From Dehalococcoidia bacterium (GTDB lineage: Bacteria; Chloroflexota; Dehalococcoidia; Lucifugimonadales; CBDBON01), in the NCBI GenBank assembly GCA_965198105.1, contig OZ240240.1, forward strand, positions 2,168,755-2,232,754: DNA of 64,000 nt. Direction: 5' to 3'. The notes beneath the pieces were generated by a model that saw only the letters and a program-made list of their open reading frames with translations, had not been told where the DNA came from and made no database searches. Below are positions 49,613 to 61,692 of this stretch, piece after piece; the stretch's first letter is position 1, and each line of letters starts with the position of its first letter. A program made the translations under genes and the position numbers.

Positions 49613-50014
49613 GTGAACGCCAGGGAGCATGTTCAGACCGCCCGCGTATTTCTGGAGGCTTCGGATCGCGAGTTCGAAGCCGGCGATGAGCTGCAGGCGT
49701 CTGAGAAGCTGTGGGGGGCGGCTGCGCATGCGCTGAGAGCCGTCATGCGAACAGAGGGTCAGCCCGGTGGTACGCACCGGAACCTTCGAATCGAAGCCGA
49801 ACGGCTGGCGACGGAGCGTGGCGACCCGGCTATTAGAGTCGGATTCTTGGCTGCCGAACAGTTTCACGCTAACTTCTATCACGGTTTCATGGAGGATTTC
49901 CAAATCGATGATGGGAGACAAGCCGTGCGCGAATTCGTCGAGCGCCTCATGCCAGACCGGCCGCCCGGACCCGCTGAAGATGCGCTGCCGCCTAGTGAGC
50001 CTGTGACAGACTGA
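49613..50014 (+). CDS. PaREP1/HEPN-like protein
   Basis: EFEAGDELQASEKLWGAA and FHANFYH pattern. Confidence 0.75.
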   Translation: MNAREHVQTARVFLEASDREFEAGDELQASEKLWGAAAHALRAVMRTEGQPGGTHRNLRIEAERLATERGDPAIRVGFLAAEQFHANFYHGFMEDFQIDDGRQAVREFVERLMPDRPPGPAEDALPPSEPVTD

Positions 50015-50028
50015 AGATAGCTCTCGAT

Positions 50029-50376
50029 ATGATAGTCGACTGGATCAAATGCGGTGACGGCGCCTACTTCTGCGGTCTAGAGACCGTCAATCTCAGCGAC
50101 GTACACGTCAGAGGTGTCTACGTCATCTGGCACAATCCAGCTCGACGGGTGATATACGTCGGAGAAGGATGGATCGCCGACCGGCTGAGCGCCCACCGGA
50201 CAGACCCGACCATCTTAAGCCATCGTGGAAGTGGGACCCTACTGGTAACGTGGGCCGGAGTGGCGGACGACGTCACCCGCTGGGGTATCGAGCGCTATCT
50301 TGGCGAGATATGGCAGCCGTTGGTCTCAAAGCAATTCCGCGATGTTCCAGCGGTCGAGGTCAATCTGCCGCAGTGA
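50029..50376 (+). CDS. Small GIY-YIG-like protein
   Basis: GVYVIW...VIYVG...IADRLSAH...IERYL...QP. Confidence 0.65.
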   Translation: MIVDWIKCGDGAYFCGLETVNLSDVHVRGVYVIWHNPARRVIYVGEGWIADRLSAHRTDPTILSHRGSGTLLVTWAGVADDVTRWGIERYLGEIWQPLVSKQFRDVPAVEVNLPQ

Positions 50377-50399
50377 CGGCGTCTTTCGACAGCAGCTAG

Positions 50400-50735
50400 A
50401 CAGGATTCATCTCTCATCCAACTCACGGTGCGTCTGTAGTAACCGGGTTCGACGAACTCGACGATTCCGACCTTCTTCAGCATCTGTAGCTGCTGACACA
50501 GCTTGTCACGGACGTGACGGCTCCTGGAATCTTCGAGCTGCGACCGGTTCGCATACTCTGACCAGTTCTGTCAAACGGAAGTCCGGTTCCGGCATCGCCA
50601 AAACGCCCTCCAGGGTAGGCATCCTCCAACCGGTCCAGCTTGACCCGATACATTGGCATTCGGTCTTGGCCTCAGTCGAGAGTAACGTGTGCGTAGACCG
50701 CCCTCGCTGATCAGATCATTGATCACTGTGGCCAT
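50400..50735 (-). pseudogene. Remnant with DpnI/Dam-replacing-type winged-helix domain
   Basis: HVRDKLCQQLQMLKKVGIVEFVEPGYYRR, preceded in another frame by W...LEGVLAMPEPDFRL. Confidence 0.55.
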
Positions 50736-50891
50736 TTTTTTCAACCCCCTGCCGATCGACGGTGAGGATGCTGGGGGATGCCGACGCTGCCGATGTACCT
50801 TTCAGCGCATCCAGCTCTGTCGTGTCATTATAGCTTGGTAGCGTCCAGGCGTTGCCGGCATTCCGGGAATCAGCCGACTGCTGAGCGCTAG

Positions 50892-51278
50892 CTACACTTG
50901 ATAGTCCAACGTCATGTCGTGCTCCTCGGCGTGTCCGGCGGAGAATCCGCCAGTACCCGAAAGCCCGGCCAGCTCGCCGGTACCCGACCCTGGGACCACC
51001 TCATACTCCGCCGTAGCCTTTCCACCATCGTAAGACCCGGTGTGTCGCAGCACGAAGCTGCCTGTCCGCCCACCCAGGCTGCCCACCACCTTCTCGAAAC
51101 CGGTGAACGATGCCCCACTGTCGAGGTGCGTCATCACGTACATGAGGTTGCCTGTCCCGGACAGGTCACCGTGGAAAGATCTTCGCACGTGCGCCCGGGT
51201 CAGCTTAGGCCCGTTTTCCGGTTCGTCGTATGGCTCCTCGTCCCAGCTTATGATCTTGAACGTGGCTTTCGTGGGCAT
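50892..51278 (-). CDS. DUF3224 family protein
   Basis: ATFKIISWDEEP, FHGDLSG, GSLGGRTGSFVLRH, VVPGSGTGELAGLSG. Confidence 0.88.
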   Translation of the reverse strand: MPTKATFKIISWDEEPYDEPENGPKLTRAHVRRSFHGDLSGTGNLMYVMTHLDSGASFTGFEKVVGSLGGRTGSFVLRHTGSYDGGKATAEYEVVPGSGTGELAGLSGTGGFSAGHAEEHDMTLDYQV

Positions 51279-51329
51279 TTTCTTCTCCCTCCGACTACTA
51301 GGATGGGGAGTCAGTCGCAGTCCTGGCCC

Positions 51330-53165
<1,836 letters not shown>

Positions 53166-53227
53166 GTGAAAAGGGTAGCACAGGCGGCGGTACGGGCGGG
53201 GTGAAGGGGGCGGATGGGGAGTCTGCT

Positions 53228-53550
53228 TGGTCTCCCCCGTCTGTCTATTGACGGAGAGGGGGAAAGGGACCCCCATCCTAACCTTCCCCCGCGGACGGGG
53301 GAAGGGAGATCAGAGGGGACGGAAGAAGGGAGAAGGGGATGTGGTGGAAGGCATAGGAGAGGGACGGGAAAGTGAGATCAGGAGGGGGATTCTTCTCAGT
53401 CTCCTCCCGTCTGTCCGTTGACGGAGAGGGGGAAAGGGATGAGAGGGAGCTAGAGGGAAGGGAAAAGGGAAAGAGGGGGAAGGTGGACGAGAGAGAGGTG
53501 GACGGTGGACGGGAGAGAGGTGGACGGAGGATTAGGGAGAGAGAGGTTAA
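53228..53550. repeat. REP-like palindromes plus a long polypurine tract
   Basis: CCCGTCTGTCnnTTGACGGAGAGGGGGAAAGGGA twice, REP unit at 53270-53306, nearly pure G/A from 53425 to 53546. Confidence 0.75.
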
Positions 53551-53551
53551 G

Positions 53552-55345
53552 CTAGGGTTGCGCAGACGGGTCTGCGGGGACGGCTGCGGGTTGGAGGTCG
53601 AGCGCGCCTCGGCGTGTCGCCATCTCCGCGCGGAGCCTCGCTGTCGCATCCGCGTCCACTCCCGGAGGGCCGCCGAGGATGACGACGCCGTACATCTCCC
53701 TGGCGTGGGCTGGCGTGAATTTTTCCTGTATGACGTCCTCCAGGACAGCCTCGGCGTCGCGCTCGAGAGGGTCGCCGTAGCCGCCGGCGCCGGAGCCGGT
53801 CTGCCTGAAGACGTCTCCCCTCCTCAGGGTCCTGAGGAACTTGGAAGGGAGCCGCTCGTTCTCCCCGTCCGGGTTGAGGAGGTTGGAGTTGCGCGAGCCC
53901 GGACTCCCGCCCTGGGCGCCCCAGGGCAGATACTTTCCCCGGTCCGATCTGACCTGGAGCGTCGCCTCCTCGGCCGTGAGCTCGAACTCGCGCACGATGC
54001 CCATGCCTCCCCGGTACCTGCCCGCGCCCTCGCTGTCCGGCACGAAGCCGTACCTTCTGACGCGGAGCGGGTGGTTGGCCTCGATGCTCTCGATGGGGGT
54101 GTTCGCCTGGTTGGTGACGGGCGCCGCCGCGCCGTCGGCGCCGTCGGCGTAGGGGCCGCCTCCCCTGGGGCCGTCGTTGTTGAACTCGACGAAGACGAAC
54201 GCCTTTCCGTCCGGGTGGTAGCCGCCGAAGCTGATCGCCACCTCTCCCCCTCCCCACGCGCCCGGCACGCGGTCGGGCAGCGCCTTGGCCATTGCGCCGA
54301 AGACGGTCTGGGCGACGCGGAAGCCTCCCAGCCCCCTGGCGGCCACGGGGGCCGGGTGCTGTGCGTTCACGTAGCAGCCGGGCGGGGCGACGACCTCGAT
54401 GGGCCGGAAGAAGCCGGTGTTGGCGGTGATGTCTGGATTGGTGAGGTTCTTGAAGACGGCGTAGACGGCCGACTTGGTGAACGGCAGGTTGGGGTTTATG
54501 GAGCCTCTCGCCTGGGGCGAGGTACCGGTGAAGTCGACCAGCATCTCGTCGCCCTCGATGGTGACGCGCACCTTGATCGTGATCGGCTGGGGCTCGATGC
54601 CGTCGTCGTCGATGTAGTCGGTGAAGTCCCACGATCCGTCAGGGAGGGCGGAGATCTCGGCCCTCGTGAGACGCTCCGTGTAGTCGATGATGTCGGTCAT
54701 GTAGTTGCGGACGTCCTCGATGCCGTACTCGTCAATCAGCTGGAGGATGTCGCGCTCGCCCTGGTGGAGCGCCGAAATCTGAGCCAGCACGTCGCCCTGC
54801 ACCATGTCGGGCACGCGGACGTTCTTGTTCAGGATGCGCCAGACGGCGTGGTTCATCACGCCCTCCTCGACCAGCTTGATCGGCGGGATCCTGAGCCCCT
54901 CCTGGTATATCTCGGTGTTGTCGCAGGCGTTGCCTCCGGCGACCCTGCCGCCGATGTCGGTGTGGTGCGCGATGACGCAGGTCCAGCCGGCGAGCGCCTC
55001 GTTGTAGAAGATCGGCTTGAAGAGGAAGATGTCGGGGAGGTGGCTCCCGCCCTCGTACGGATCGTTGTTGGCGAAGATGTCGCCCGGCTTGACGTCGTCT
55101 CCGTAGTAGTCCCGGATGGCATCGAGCGCGGGCTGCATGGCGCCCATGTGGAAAGGCAGGGTCAGCCCCTGCGCCACCTGCTGCCCCTCCGCGTTGAATA
55201 TGCCTGTGGAGAAGTCCATGCCGTCCTTGACGACGGCGGACCGCGCCGTTCGCACGACCGTGACGGCCATCGTATCGGCGGCGCTGGAGAGGTAGTTCCT
55301 GACGATCTCCCGCGTGACCGGGTCGAGTCCGCTGTCCTCTTGCAT
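53552..55345 (-). CDS. Hydantoinase B / oxoprolinase family subunit
   Basis: DFSTG, NDPYEGGSHLPD, HHTDIGG, EIYQEG, NTPIE, GAGRYRGG, GGYGDP. Confidence 0.93.
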   Translation of the reverse strand: MQEDSGLDPVTREIVRNYLSSAADTMAVTVVRTARSAVVKDGMDFSTGIFNAEGQQVAQGLTLPFHMGAMQPALDAIRDYYGDDVKPGDIFANNDPYEGGSHLPDIFLFKPIFYNEALAGWTCVIAHHTDIGGRVAGGNACDNTEIYQEGLRIPPIKLVEEGVMNHAVWRILNKNVRVPDMVQGDVLAQISALHQGERDILQLIDEYGIEDVRNYMTDIIDYTERLTRAEISALPDGSWDFTDYIDDDGIEPQPITIKVRVTIEGDEMLVDFTGTSPQARGSINPNLPFTKSAVYAVFKNLTNPDITANTGFFRPIEVVAPPGCYVNAQHPAPVAARGLGGFRVAQTVFGAMAKALPDRVPGAWGGGEVAISFGGYHPDGKAFVFVEFNNDGPRGGGPYADGADGAAAPVTNQANTPIESIEANHPLRVRRYGFVPDSEGAGRYRGGMGIVREFELTAEEATLQVRSDRGKYLPWGAQGGSPGSRNSNLLNPDGENERLPSKFLRTLRRGDVFRQTGSGAGGYGDPLERDAEAVLEDVIQEKFTPAHAREMYGVVILGGPPGVDADATARLRAEMATRRGALDLQPAAVPADPSAQP

Positions 55346-57438
55346 CACTTTCCTCCGTCTGTGAGGACGATATCCTTGAGCGAGTCGAGGGAGGCGCGCC
55401 ACCGGGGCGGCACGACGACCGTCGAGTCGTACTCCTCGACGACGAGAGGCCCGTCTGAGGGGGCGTCGTCGAGGTCAAGCCTGTCGATGACCGGCGTCTC
55501 CACCCAGCCGATCCCCGGGCCGAAGTAGAGCATCCGCTGACCGTTCCCCTGGTCCGCGGGCCGGCGGCTCACGGCGATCCGCCCGGGCACCCGGTCTGCG
55601 TCCGAGAGGCCACGGGCGACGACGCGGACGCTGACGAGCTGCAGAGGCTCGTCGACACGGTAGCCGTAGGTCTTCTCGTGCTCCGCGGCGTACGCCTCGT
55701 CCAGCCGGTCGAGGCTGTCCGGCGAGAATGAGTCGTCGTCCATGCGCACGGTCAGCTCCGACGTCTGGCCGACGTACTTCACGTCGACCTGGGTCTCGGT
55801 CTGCTGATGGGCCGGGTCGAACCCCTCCTCCGACAGGAGGGCCGCTCCCTGCTCCTTCAGTCCCCGGAGGATGGCGTTGGCCTCGTCCAGGTCGAGACCG
55901 GAGAACTGCCTGAAGTGCGTCTGGACGAAGTGGTGCTCGACGTCGGCGAAGAGGAGCCCGAAGGCGCTGAAGGCGCCGGGAGACGGCGGGACCACGACCC
56001 GGCCTATCCCCAGCATCTCGGCGAGCCCGGCCGCGTGCAGCGGTCCGCCTCCGCCGAAGGCGACCATCGTGAAGCGCCGGGGATCACGGCCCCGCTCGCT
56101 GGAGACGGCGCGCAGGGCCCGCCCCATGTTGGAGTTGACCAGCAGGTGGATGCCGTGAGCGGCGTCGGTCCCGGTCAGGTTGAGCGGGGCGGCGACCCGG
56201 TCGGCGATGGCCCGGCGGGCGGCGTCGGCATCGATTGGGAACGCGCCGCCCAGCAGGTAGTCCGGGTTGAGGTATCCGAGCGCGACGTTGGCGTCCGTGA
56301 CCGTCGGCTCCTGACCGCCGCTCGCGTAGCAGACCGGGCCGGGCGCCGCTCCGGCGCTCTGAGGGCCGCACTGGAGCGCCCCCGCCTTGTCGACCCACGC
56401 TATGCTGCCTCCGCCGGCGCTCACCTCGGCCAGGTCTATGGCGGGCACCCGCAGCACGTATCCGCCGCCCGTCAGGAGGCGGTGTCCGACGCTCATGCCG
56501 CCGCCCACCTCGTACTCGGGCGCGCGCAGCATCTCGCCGCCCTCTATGATCGACGCCTTGGCCGTCGTTCCGCCCATGTCGAAGCTGATGACGTCGGGAG
56601 CGTCGATCCTTCCGCCGAGGTGATACGCCCCGACGACTCCGGCAGCCGGGCCCGACTCGATGCAGAATATGGGCCTGTCGACCGTGACATCCACCGGCGC
56701 GAGTCCGCCGTTGGACTGCATGATGGTCAAGGGTATCGTCAGGCCGCGCTCGCTGAGGCGCCGGTCGAGGTCGTTGAGATAGCGCGCGACCACGGGCCTG
56801 ACGTAGGCGTTGATGACGGTGGTGCTCGTGCGCTCGTACTCCCGCATCTCGGGCAGTACCTGGCTGGACAGGGAGAGGTCGATGCCGGGCAGCCGCTCCG
56901 TCAGCAGCTCCGCGATCCCGGCCTCGTGGTCCGGGTTGGCGTAGGAGTGGAGCAGCGAGACCGCCACCGACCGGACTCCCTCCTCGGCCAGCCGGTCCGC
57001 GACGGCCTCCACGTCGGAGAGATCGAGAGGCTCCAGCACCTCCCCCTCGTAGCTGACGCGCTCGCGCACCTCGAAGCGGAGCCGCCGCTCCACGAGGGGG
57101 GGAGGCTTGCGATAGTAGAGATCGTACAGGCGGGGGGTGCGGATACGGCCGAGCTCCAGGACGTCCCTGAAGCCGGCGGTGGTGACGAGCGCGGTCTTCT
57201 CGCCCTTCCCCTCGAGGATCGCATTCGTGGCTACGGTGAAGCCGTGTCCGATCTCGGTCACGTCGGCGGGCTCGATCCCCAGCGTCCGGATGCACTCGTC
57301 CAGGCCTGCCAGTACGCCGCGTCCGTAGTCGTCGGGAGTGCTGGCGACCTTCTTGACCAGGACCCGGCCGTCGTCGCCCAGGAAGACGACGTCGGTGAAG
57401 GTGCCGCCTATGTCCACCGCTGCCCTGAAGCCAGCCAT
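55345..57438 (-). CDS. Hydantoinase A / oxoprolinase family subunit
   Basis: DIGGTFTD, REYERTSTT, ESGPAAG, DMGGTT, GGGS, PGPVCY, FGGGGPLH. Confidence 0.94.
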   Translation of the reverse strand: MAGFRAAVDIGGTFTDVVFLGDDGRVLVKKVASTPDDYGRGVLAGLDECIRTLGIEPADVTEIGHGFTVATNAILEGKGEKTALVTTAGFRDVLELGRIRTPRLYDLYYRKPPPLVERRLRFEVRERVSYEGEVLEPLDLSDVEAVADRLAEEGVRSVAVSLLHSYANPDHEAGIAELLTERLPGIDLSLSSQVLPEMREYERTSTTVINAYVRPVVARYLNDLDRRLSERGLTIPLTIMQSNGGLAPVDVTVDRPIFCIESGPAAGVVGAYHLGGRIDAPDVISFDMGGTTAKASIIEGGEMLRAPEYEVGGGMSVGHRLLTGGGYVLRVPAIDLAEVSAGGGSIAWVDKAGALQCGPQSAGAAPGPVCYASGGQEPTVTDANVALGYLNPDYLLGGAFPIDADAARRAIADRVAAPLNLTGTDAAHGIHLLVNSNMGRALRAVSSERGRDPRRFTMVAFGGGGPLHAAGLAEMLGIGRVVVPPSPGAFSAFGLLFADVEHHFVQTHFRQFSGLDLDEANAILRGLKEQGAALLSEEGFDPAHQQTETQVDVKYVGQTSELTVRMDDDSFSPDSLDRLDEAYAAEHEKTYGYRVDEPLQLVSVRVVARGLSDADRVPGRIAVSRRPADQGNGQRMLYFGPGIGWVETPVIDRLDLDDAPSDGPLVVEEYDSTVVVPPRWRASLDSLKDIVLTDGGK

Positions 57439-57636
57439 GTCGGAGAGATCGGCTCCGCCCGGCGTCGGGGCCGGGCTCCCGCTGTCTGCTGCCGGTCGCA
57501 GCGCAGGGTGATTGTAGATGGGATGGGATCGGAAAAGCTAGACCGTCCGGACCGGCGGCGTCCGAATCCACGACCTAATCTGACGGGCAGCGTTGCAGAC
57601 TGCTTCCAAGGTGATGACGCTGCACCTCTCGTTGGG

Positions 57637-57666
57637 GATGGATTCCCGCGTACGCGGGAATGACGG
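57637..57666. repeat. ATTCCCGCG-n-CGCGGGAATGAC type palindrome
   Basis: GGATTCCCGCGTACGCGGGAATGACG. Confidence 0.65.
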
Positions 57667-57767
57667 AGGCGGTGTATTCGGGAGCATCGGTCCGTTTGAC
57701 ATCACTGTCTGTCTACTAGGTTGTACACTCTCGATCATCAGCCCTCAGCGAACGGAGACGGACGGCT

Positions 57768-58466
57768 ATGCCAAGAGTCAGACGCCTCATATTCGCATGC
57801 TCGACTCTCCTGCTCCCGGTCGTTGCCCTCTCCTGCGGCGGGGATGGAGATAGCGGCGGCGGCAACGAGAGCGAGGCCAGGGCCGCTGCCGCGGCGCTGG
57901 AGGCTGTCCCGACCAACATGACGCTGACAAGCATGGTGTTTGGCGACGGCGGGGATATCCCGGGCGCCCACACTTGCTACGTACTCGACAGGTCGCCTCC
58001 CCTGGCGTGGAGCGGCGTCCCGGAGGGCGCGGCGAGCCTCGTCCTCATAGTACGAGGAGCCAACGCCGAGGGTGTGAACGATGGGGTCCATTGGGTCGTC
58101 TACGACCTACCGGCCGACGTCGATCAGCTGCCGGGGAGCGTATCGATCACCCAGGAGACGGTGTCGGGAGGCACCCAGGGCCGAAACTCCGAGAAGCGAC
58201 GAGGCTGGGTCGGACCGTGTCCCGAAAAGGGCGGCGATCACGCGGGGACGTACGTCTTCAACCCCTACGCTCTCGATGCGAGTCTGGGGCTGACGGTGGA
58301 GGGCGGCGCCAGCAGAAGCGACGTGCTTGCCGCCATGGCCGGTCGCGTGATCGGCCGCGGCGAGATCACAGGCACATACTGCCATACCGACGCGCCGTGG
58401 TCGCCGACCGGGAGCAGGGGTATCTGCCCGCCCGTCGACCACAGGCTGGGAGCAGAGTCTCCGTAG
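57768..58466 (+). CDS. YbhB/YbcL (PEBP) family lipoprotein
   Basis: Lipobox ALSC, SPPLAWSGVPEG, VHWVVYDLP, GPCP, YALD. Confidence 0.88.
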   Translation: MPRVRRLIFACSTLLLPVVALSCGGDGDSGGGNESEARAAAAALEAVPTNMTLTSMVFGDGGDIPGAHTCYVLDRSPPLAWSGVPEGAASLVLIVRGANAEGVNDGVHWVVYDLPADVDQLPGSVSITQETVSGGTQGRNSEKRRGWVGPCPEKGGDHAGTYVFNPYALDASLGLTVEGGASRSDVLAAMAGRVIGRGEITGTYCHTDAPWSPTGSRGICPPVDHRLGAESP

Positions 58467-58486
58467 GCCGGAGGACGCGTCCCGGC

Positions 58487-59392
58487 TCAGTCGAGGTGAA
58501 GGGTCGCTACGCTGAAGACGACGGAGAAGGGCTTGCAGTAGATGACCACGCTGTTGACGGCCGACACGTCCACCCCGTCAGGGATCGGGTAGTTCTGGTT
58601 ACCCCGGTTGCCCTTCAGCGGCCCCAGGTCGACGTACCCTTCCAGCTTCACCTCGCTCGACCGCGTCGGGTCCTCGTGTGGCGACAGGATCACGTGGAGA
58701 GCCGGTCCGTTGGTCACGTCGAGATTCTCGAGCCTGAGCAGGTGAAGTCCGTCAGGGGTCGTGAAGATGGTCGCCTGACCGCTTCCCCGGTGAAAGCTGT
58801 CGGCGTCCCTGAACTCTCCCTGCTTCACCTTCTGAACCTCGGCCTGTCGATCGGCGTTTGCCATGATGACCGGCTCCATCATGCTGGCGGCCTGCTCTAC
58901 CATGTCCTTGTCGGTCCCGTCGCCGATCATCCGGAACCCTTTTTCCAAAGTGGCGTAGTCGCTGTCGCTCATCGCCGTGACCGGCTTACCGGCCACCAGC
59001 ATGGCCTCGGCGTTGATGTCCGAGGTCTCGGGCATCTCCTCGTCCATCATCTGGTCGTCCACCATCGCCATTCCGGCCATCACTCCCTCGACGTCGGCTC
59101 GCTCCATACCTTCCGGGACGACGGCGTTGAGGGCGAACGGGAACTCCTCCTCGACGGTGACGTTGGTGAACAGCGGCGATCCGAGCGACCATCCGAGCCA
59201 TAGCGTGATCGCCAGCAGCGGGACGGAGGCTATGCCGAAGGGCACGCGGTGGCGCCAGACGACCTCGTGCCAGCCCCGCCAGTAGGCGAAGCTGAGGGAT
59301 GCGGCGATGAATACCAGGGTCGCCGCACCTATGGCCCAACGATACTCGTAGAGGCTCGCGAAGGCGCGTTCAAGATCACCGAAGGTAGACAC
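58487..59392 (-). CDS. Membrane-anchored DM13 domain protein
   Basis: Two TM segments, FHRGSG, LRLENL..TNGPAL, LGPLKGNRGNQNY, VVIYCKPFSVVF. Confidence 0.88.
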   Translation of the reverse strand: MSTFGDLERAFASLYEYRWAIGAATLVFIAASLSFAYWRGWHEVVWRHRVPFGIASVPLLAITLWLGWSLGSPLFTNVTVEEEFPFALNAVVPEGMERADVEGVMAGMAMVDDQMMDEEMPETSDINAEAMLVAGKPVTAMSDSDYATLEKGFRMIGDGTDKDMVEQAASMMEPVIMANADRQAEVQKVKQGEFRDADSFHRGSGQATIFTTPDGLHLLRLENLDVTNGPALHVILSPHEDPTRSSEVKLEGYVDLGPLKGNRGNQNYPIPDGVDVSAVNSVVIYCKPFSVVFSVATLHLD

Positions 59393-59592
59393 GACAACCT
59401 CCCATGCTCGATTCTGCTACTCGTACGTCCATGGTCAGAGCCAACGCGATTATGAAGAGGAGTCGCTTCTTCACGCCATATCCCTTCGAGTCAGGTTAGC
59501 CTGCGTCTTGCGGAGATAGTCCGCTTCCGACACCACGCCGAGCGGGGCGTGAAAGGAGGACACGGAGAGTGGGGGATGTTTCCGTACGGGCG

Positions 59593-59901
59593 CTATTCGG
59601 CGTTATTCCGGCGTCGCCGGCCTCGTCGACGAGTCGCCGGACCATCAGCCTCTTCCCAGAAGAAGACGACGTTCCCCTGGCGGGTCGTGACGATGTTCTT
59701 GCCCAGCAGCTGGGCCGCCGCGCCGAGACGGCGTCGAAGGGCAGCCGTAGTCTCGCCCTCGTCCGGGGTGAGTTTGCCTGCCTGTCCGGTTTCGAGCCGG
59801 TTGATATAGTCCACGTACTGGCGCACTATTGCGCCGCGTTTTCCCGATAGGGATAGCTCAAGCTGTGCCTGTTGCAGCGAAACTACTTCAAGTGTTGGCA
59901 A
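59593..59901 (-). CDS. Small basic hypothetical protein
   Basis: TTG start after AGGAGG; ...RRRLGAAA...VFFW...RRRGRRRR tail. Confidence 0.7.
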   Translation of the reverse strand: MPTLEVVSLQQAQLELSLSGKRGAIVRQYVDYINRLETGQAGKLTPDEGETTAALRRRLGAAAQLLGKNIVTTRQGNVVFFWEEADGPATRRRGRRRRNNAE

Positions 59902-60034
59902 CTTCGGAGTCCTCCTGTGTTCTGATCTAAGAATCATAAACCGAATCACCATGTTTCTGCAAAACCAGGGTGAATGGGGCGCAGACGAGATCACCTTCGT
60001 GCATTGAAGTTCGTTACTTTGCTCCCGGTCGTCT

Positions 60035-61231
60035 TCAGCTATTCTCAACCTCGTTAGACTCGGCCGGAGCGGCTGCTGTACCCGTCTGGACGGCTATTTC
60101 CACGCTGCTTACTGTCGAGTCCGCCCCGCTCCATTCCCTGTGGAAGTACGTGAACACATCCCGCGCTATCGCTACCATAGGCACGCCGATCAACATCCCC
60201 CACAGTCCGAAGATATCGCTTGCTATGACGAGGGTCGCCATTATGACAATGGGATGGAGTCTCAAGGCCCTGCCCTGAACTCTGGGCGAGATCATATTGC
60301 TTTCAATGAACTGGACGACTATGTACACTAGGGCCACCCAGATCAACTTGCCAGGGTCGGTTGCCAGCACGACAAGGAGCCCCGGAATGGCTCCGAGGAT
60401 CGCGCCGATAATGGGAATGAGGCCCAGCACCCCGGCGATGAGCCCTAGGGCGATTGCGAAGTCTACGTCCAGGATGAACAGCCCTATGAATACACCCCCA
60501 CCGACGATGGAGGCGCTGATGAGCTGTGCCCGGACATACGAACCGATGACTTCGTGAGCGAGCCCGAGCACGTTTCTCGCGTGTCTGGCAACTCCATCAG
60601 GCAGGGCAGAATACATGCCACCGGAGAGGCTCTCTTTGTCCTTTAGCATGTAGAACAGCAGGATTGGCACAACCACCAACCCGAGCAGAATTGAAATCGT
60701 GCTGCTTACTCGGCTGATCGTCTTGTTCAGGATGTTCAGCACGGCTGTGCCCACCATGTCGTCTGCTGAACGCAGCCACTCCTCCACCTGTCCTTGAACT
60801 TCCTCGGGGACCTGTCGGTTGAATTCTTCAGACCACTCCTCGAATGTGGCCTTCGCTCTCTCGAACAGGCGGGGGACATCCTCTATGAAGTGCCGGACCT
60901 CTTCGACTATAGGCTGGAAGGTTATGTAAATGAAGACGGCCAAGACAGCGAAGAAGACCAGATAGACGACTGCTATCGAGACGATCCTAGCGACGGAGGG
61001 ATAGCGTCGGTATCCGGGCAGGTGGGTCTCTATGTAGGAGACGATTGGAAACAGCAACTCTGCCAGAATGACGCTGATTATCAGCGGCAGAATCGAACCA
61101 AGTGCTGCAAGAGCAGTGCGGCCACTCCGACAGCGGCAACGGCGACGAGTCCCGGGAGCCGCCATCGCTCCCACAGAGAAGGTCCGGAGTCTGTGTCGCC
61201 GATCGGAGCCATGCTTTGATCTGGTTCGGCC
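60035..61231 (-). pseudogene. AI-2E family transporter, apparent frameshift near 61110
   Basis: FYMLKD, YVRAQL, IPIIG, QFIESNMISPRVQG..LRLHP; the first TM helix (WRLPGLVAVAAVGVAALLL) is in another frame. Confidence 0.75.
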
Positions 61232-61692
61232 AATGGCCTTCCTACCTCGCTGGCCGTAAGTGATATTGACTTCGCAGATGAAGACGATCCACAGGAATGG
61301 TAGGCTCGGCAGTTACCTGGTGATGGTTTAGGATCCGAAGGACGAGAAGCTGCCGCCGCAGTGACTGGCTTCCGGTTGCCGCGTATTTCTCATCTGGAGT
61401 CCTACCGAGTCCACCTAGAGAGACTTCACATGGTGTGGTGGAATCGGCACCATCCTACAGATCCAGAACCAACCTCAGTGTGGAAGTTCTCGATTTCGTC
61501 AAGTCTGGTGGGCCGTGTAAGACCGAATTGAGCTTGTCTCAGAAGTCTCTGAGCCCCTGTCTGCGGCAAAATGGTGCGACGACAGGCGTAATAATATCTG
61601 AGAGCACTGCGATATACGACTATTAGAGACGCTGTTGATCCCGTATATCGTTTTGAACGAGCGAGGTCAAAGCCCTTGGTACTACTTCTAAG

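Noticed and set aside
53372-57663. Long + strand ORFs of 718 aa and 618 aa
   Set aside because: Antisense shadows of the hydantoinase A and B genes.
59510-59525. GAGATAGTCC resembling the group I intron S element
   Set aside because: The intergenic space is too short, with no matching R element or interrupted gene.
61260-61690. Lower-GC intergenic stretch with short ORFs
   Set aside because: No recognisable motif, repeat or convincing coding signal.
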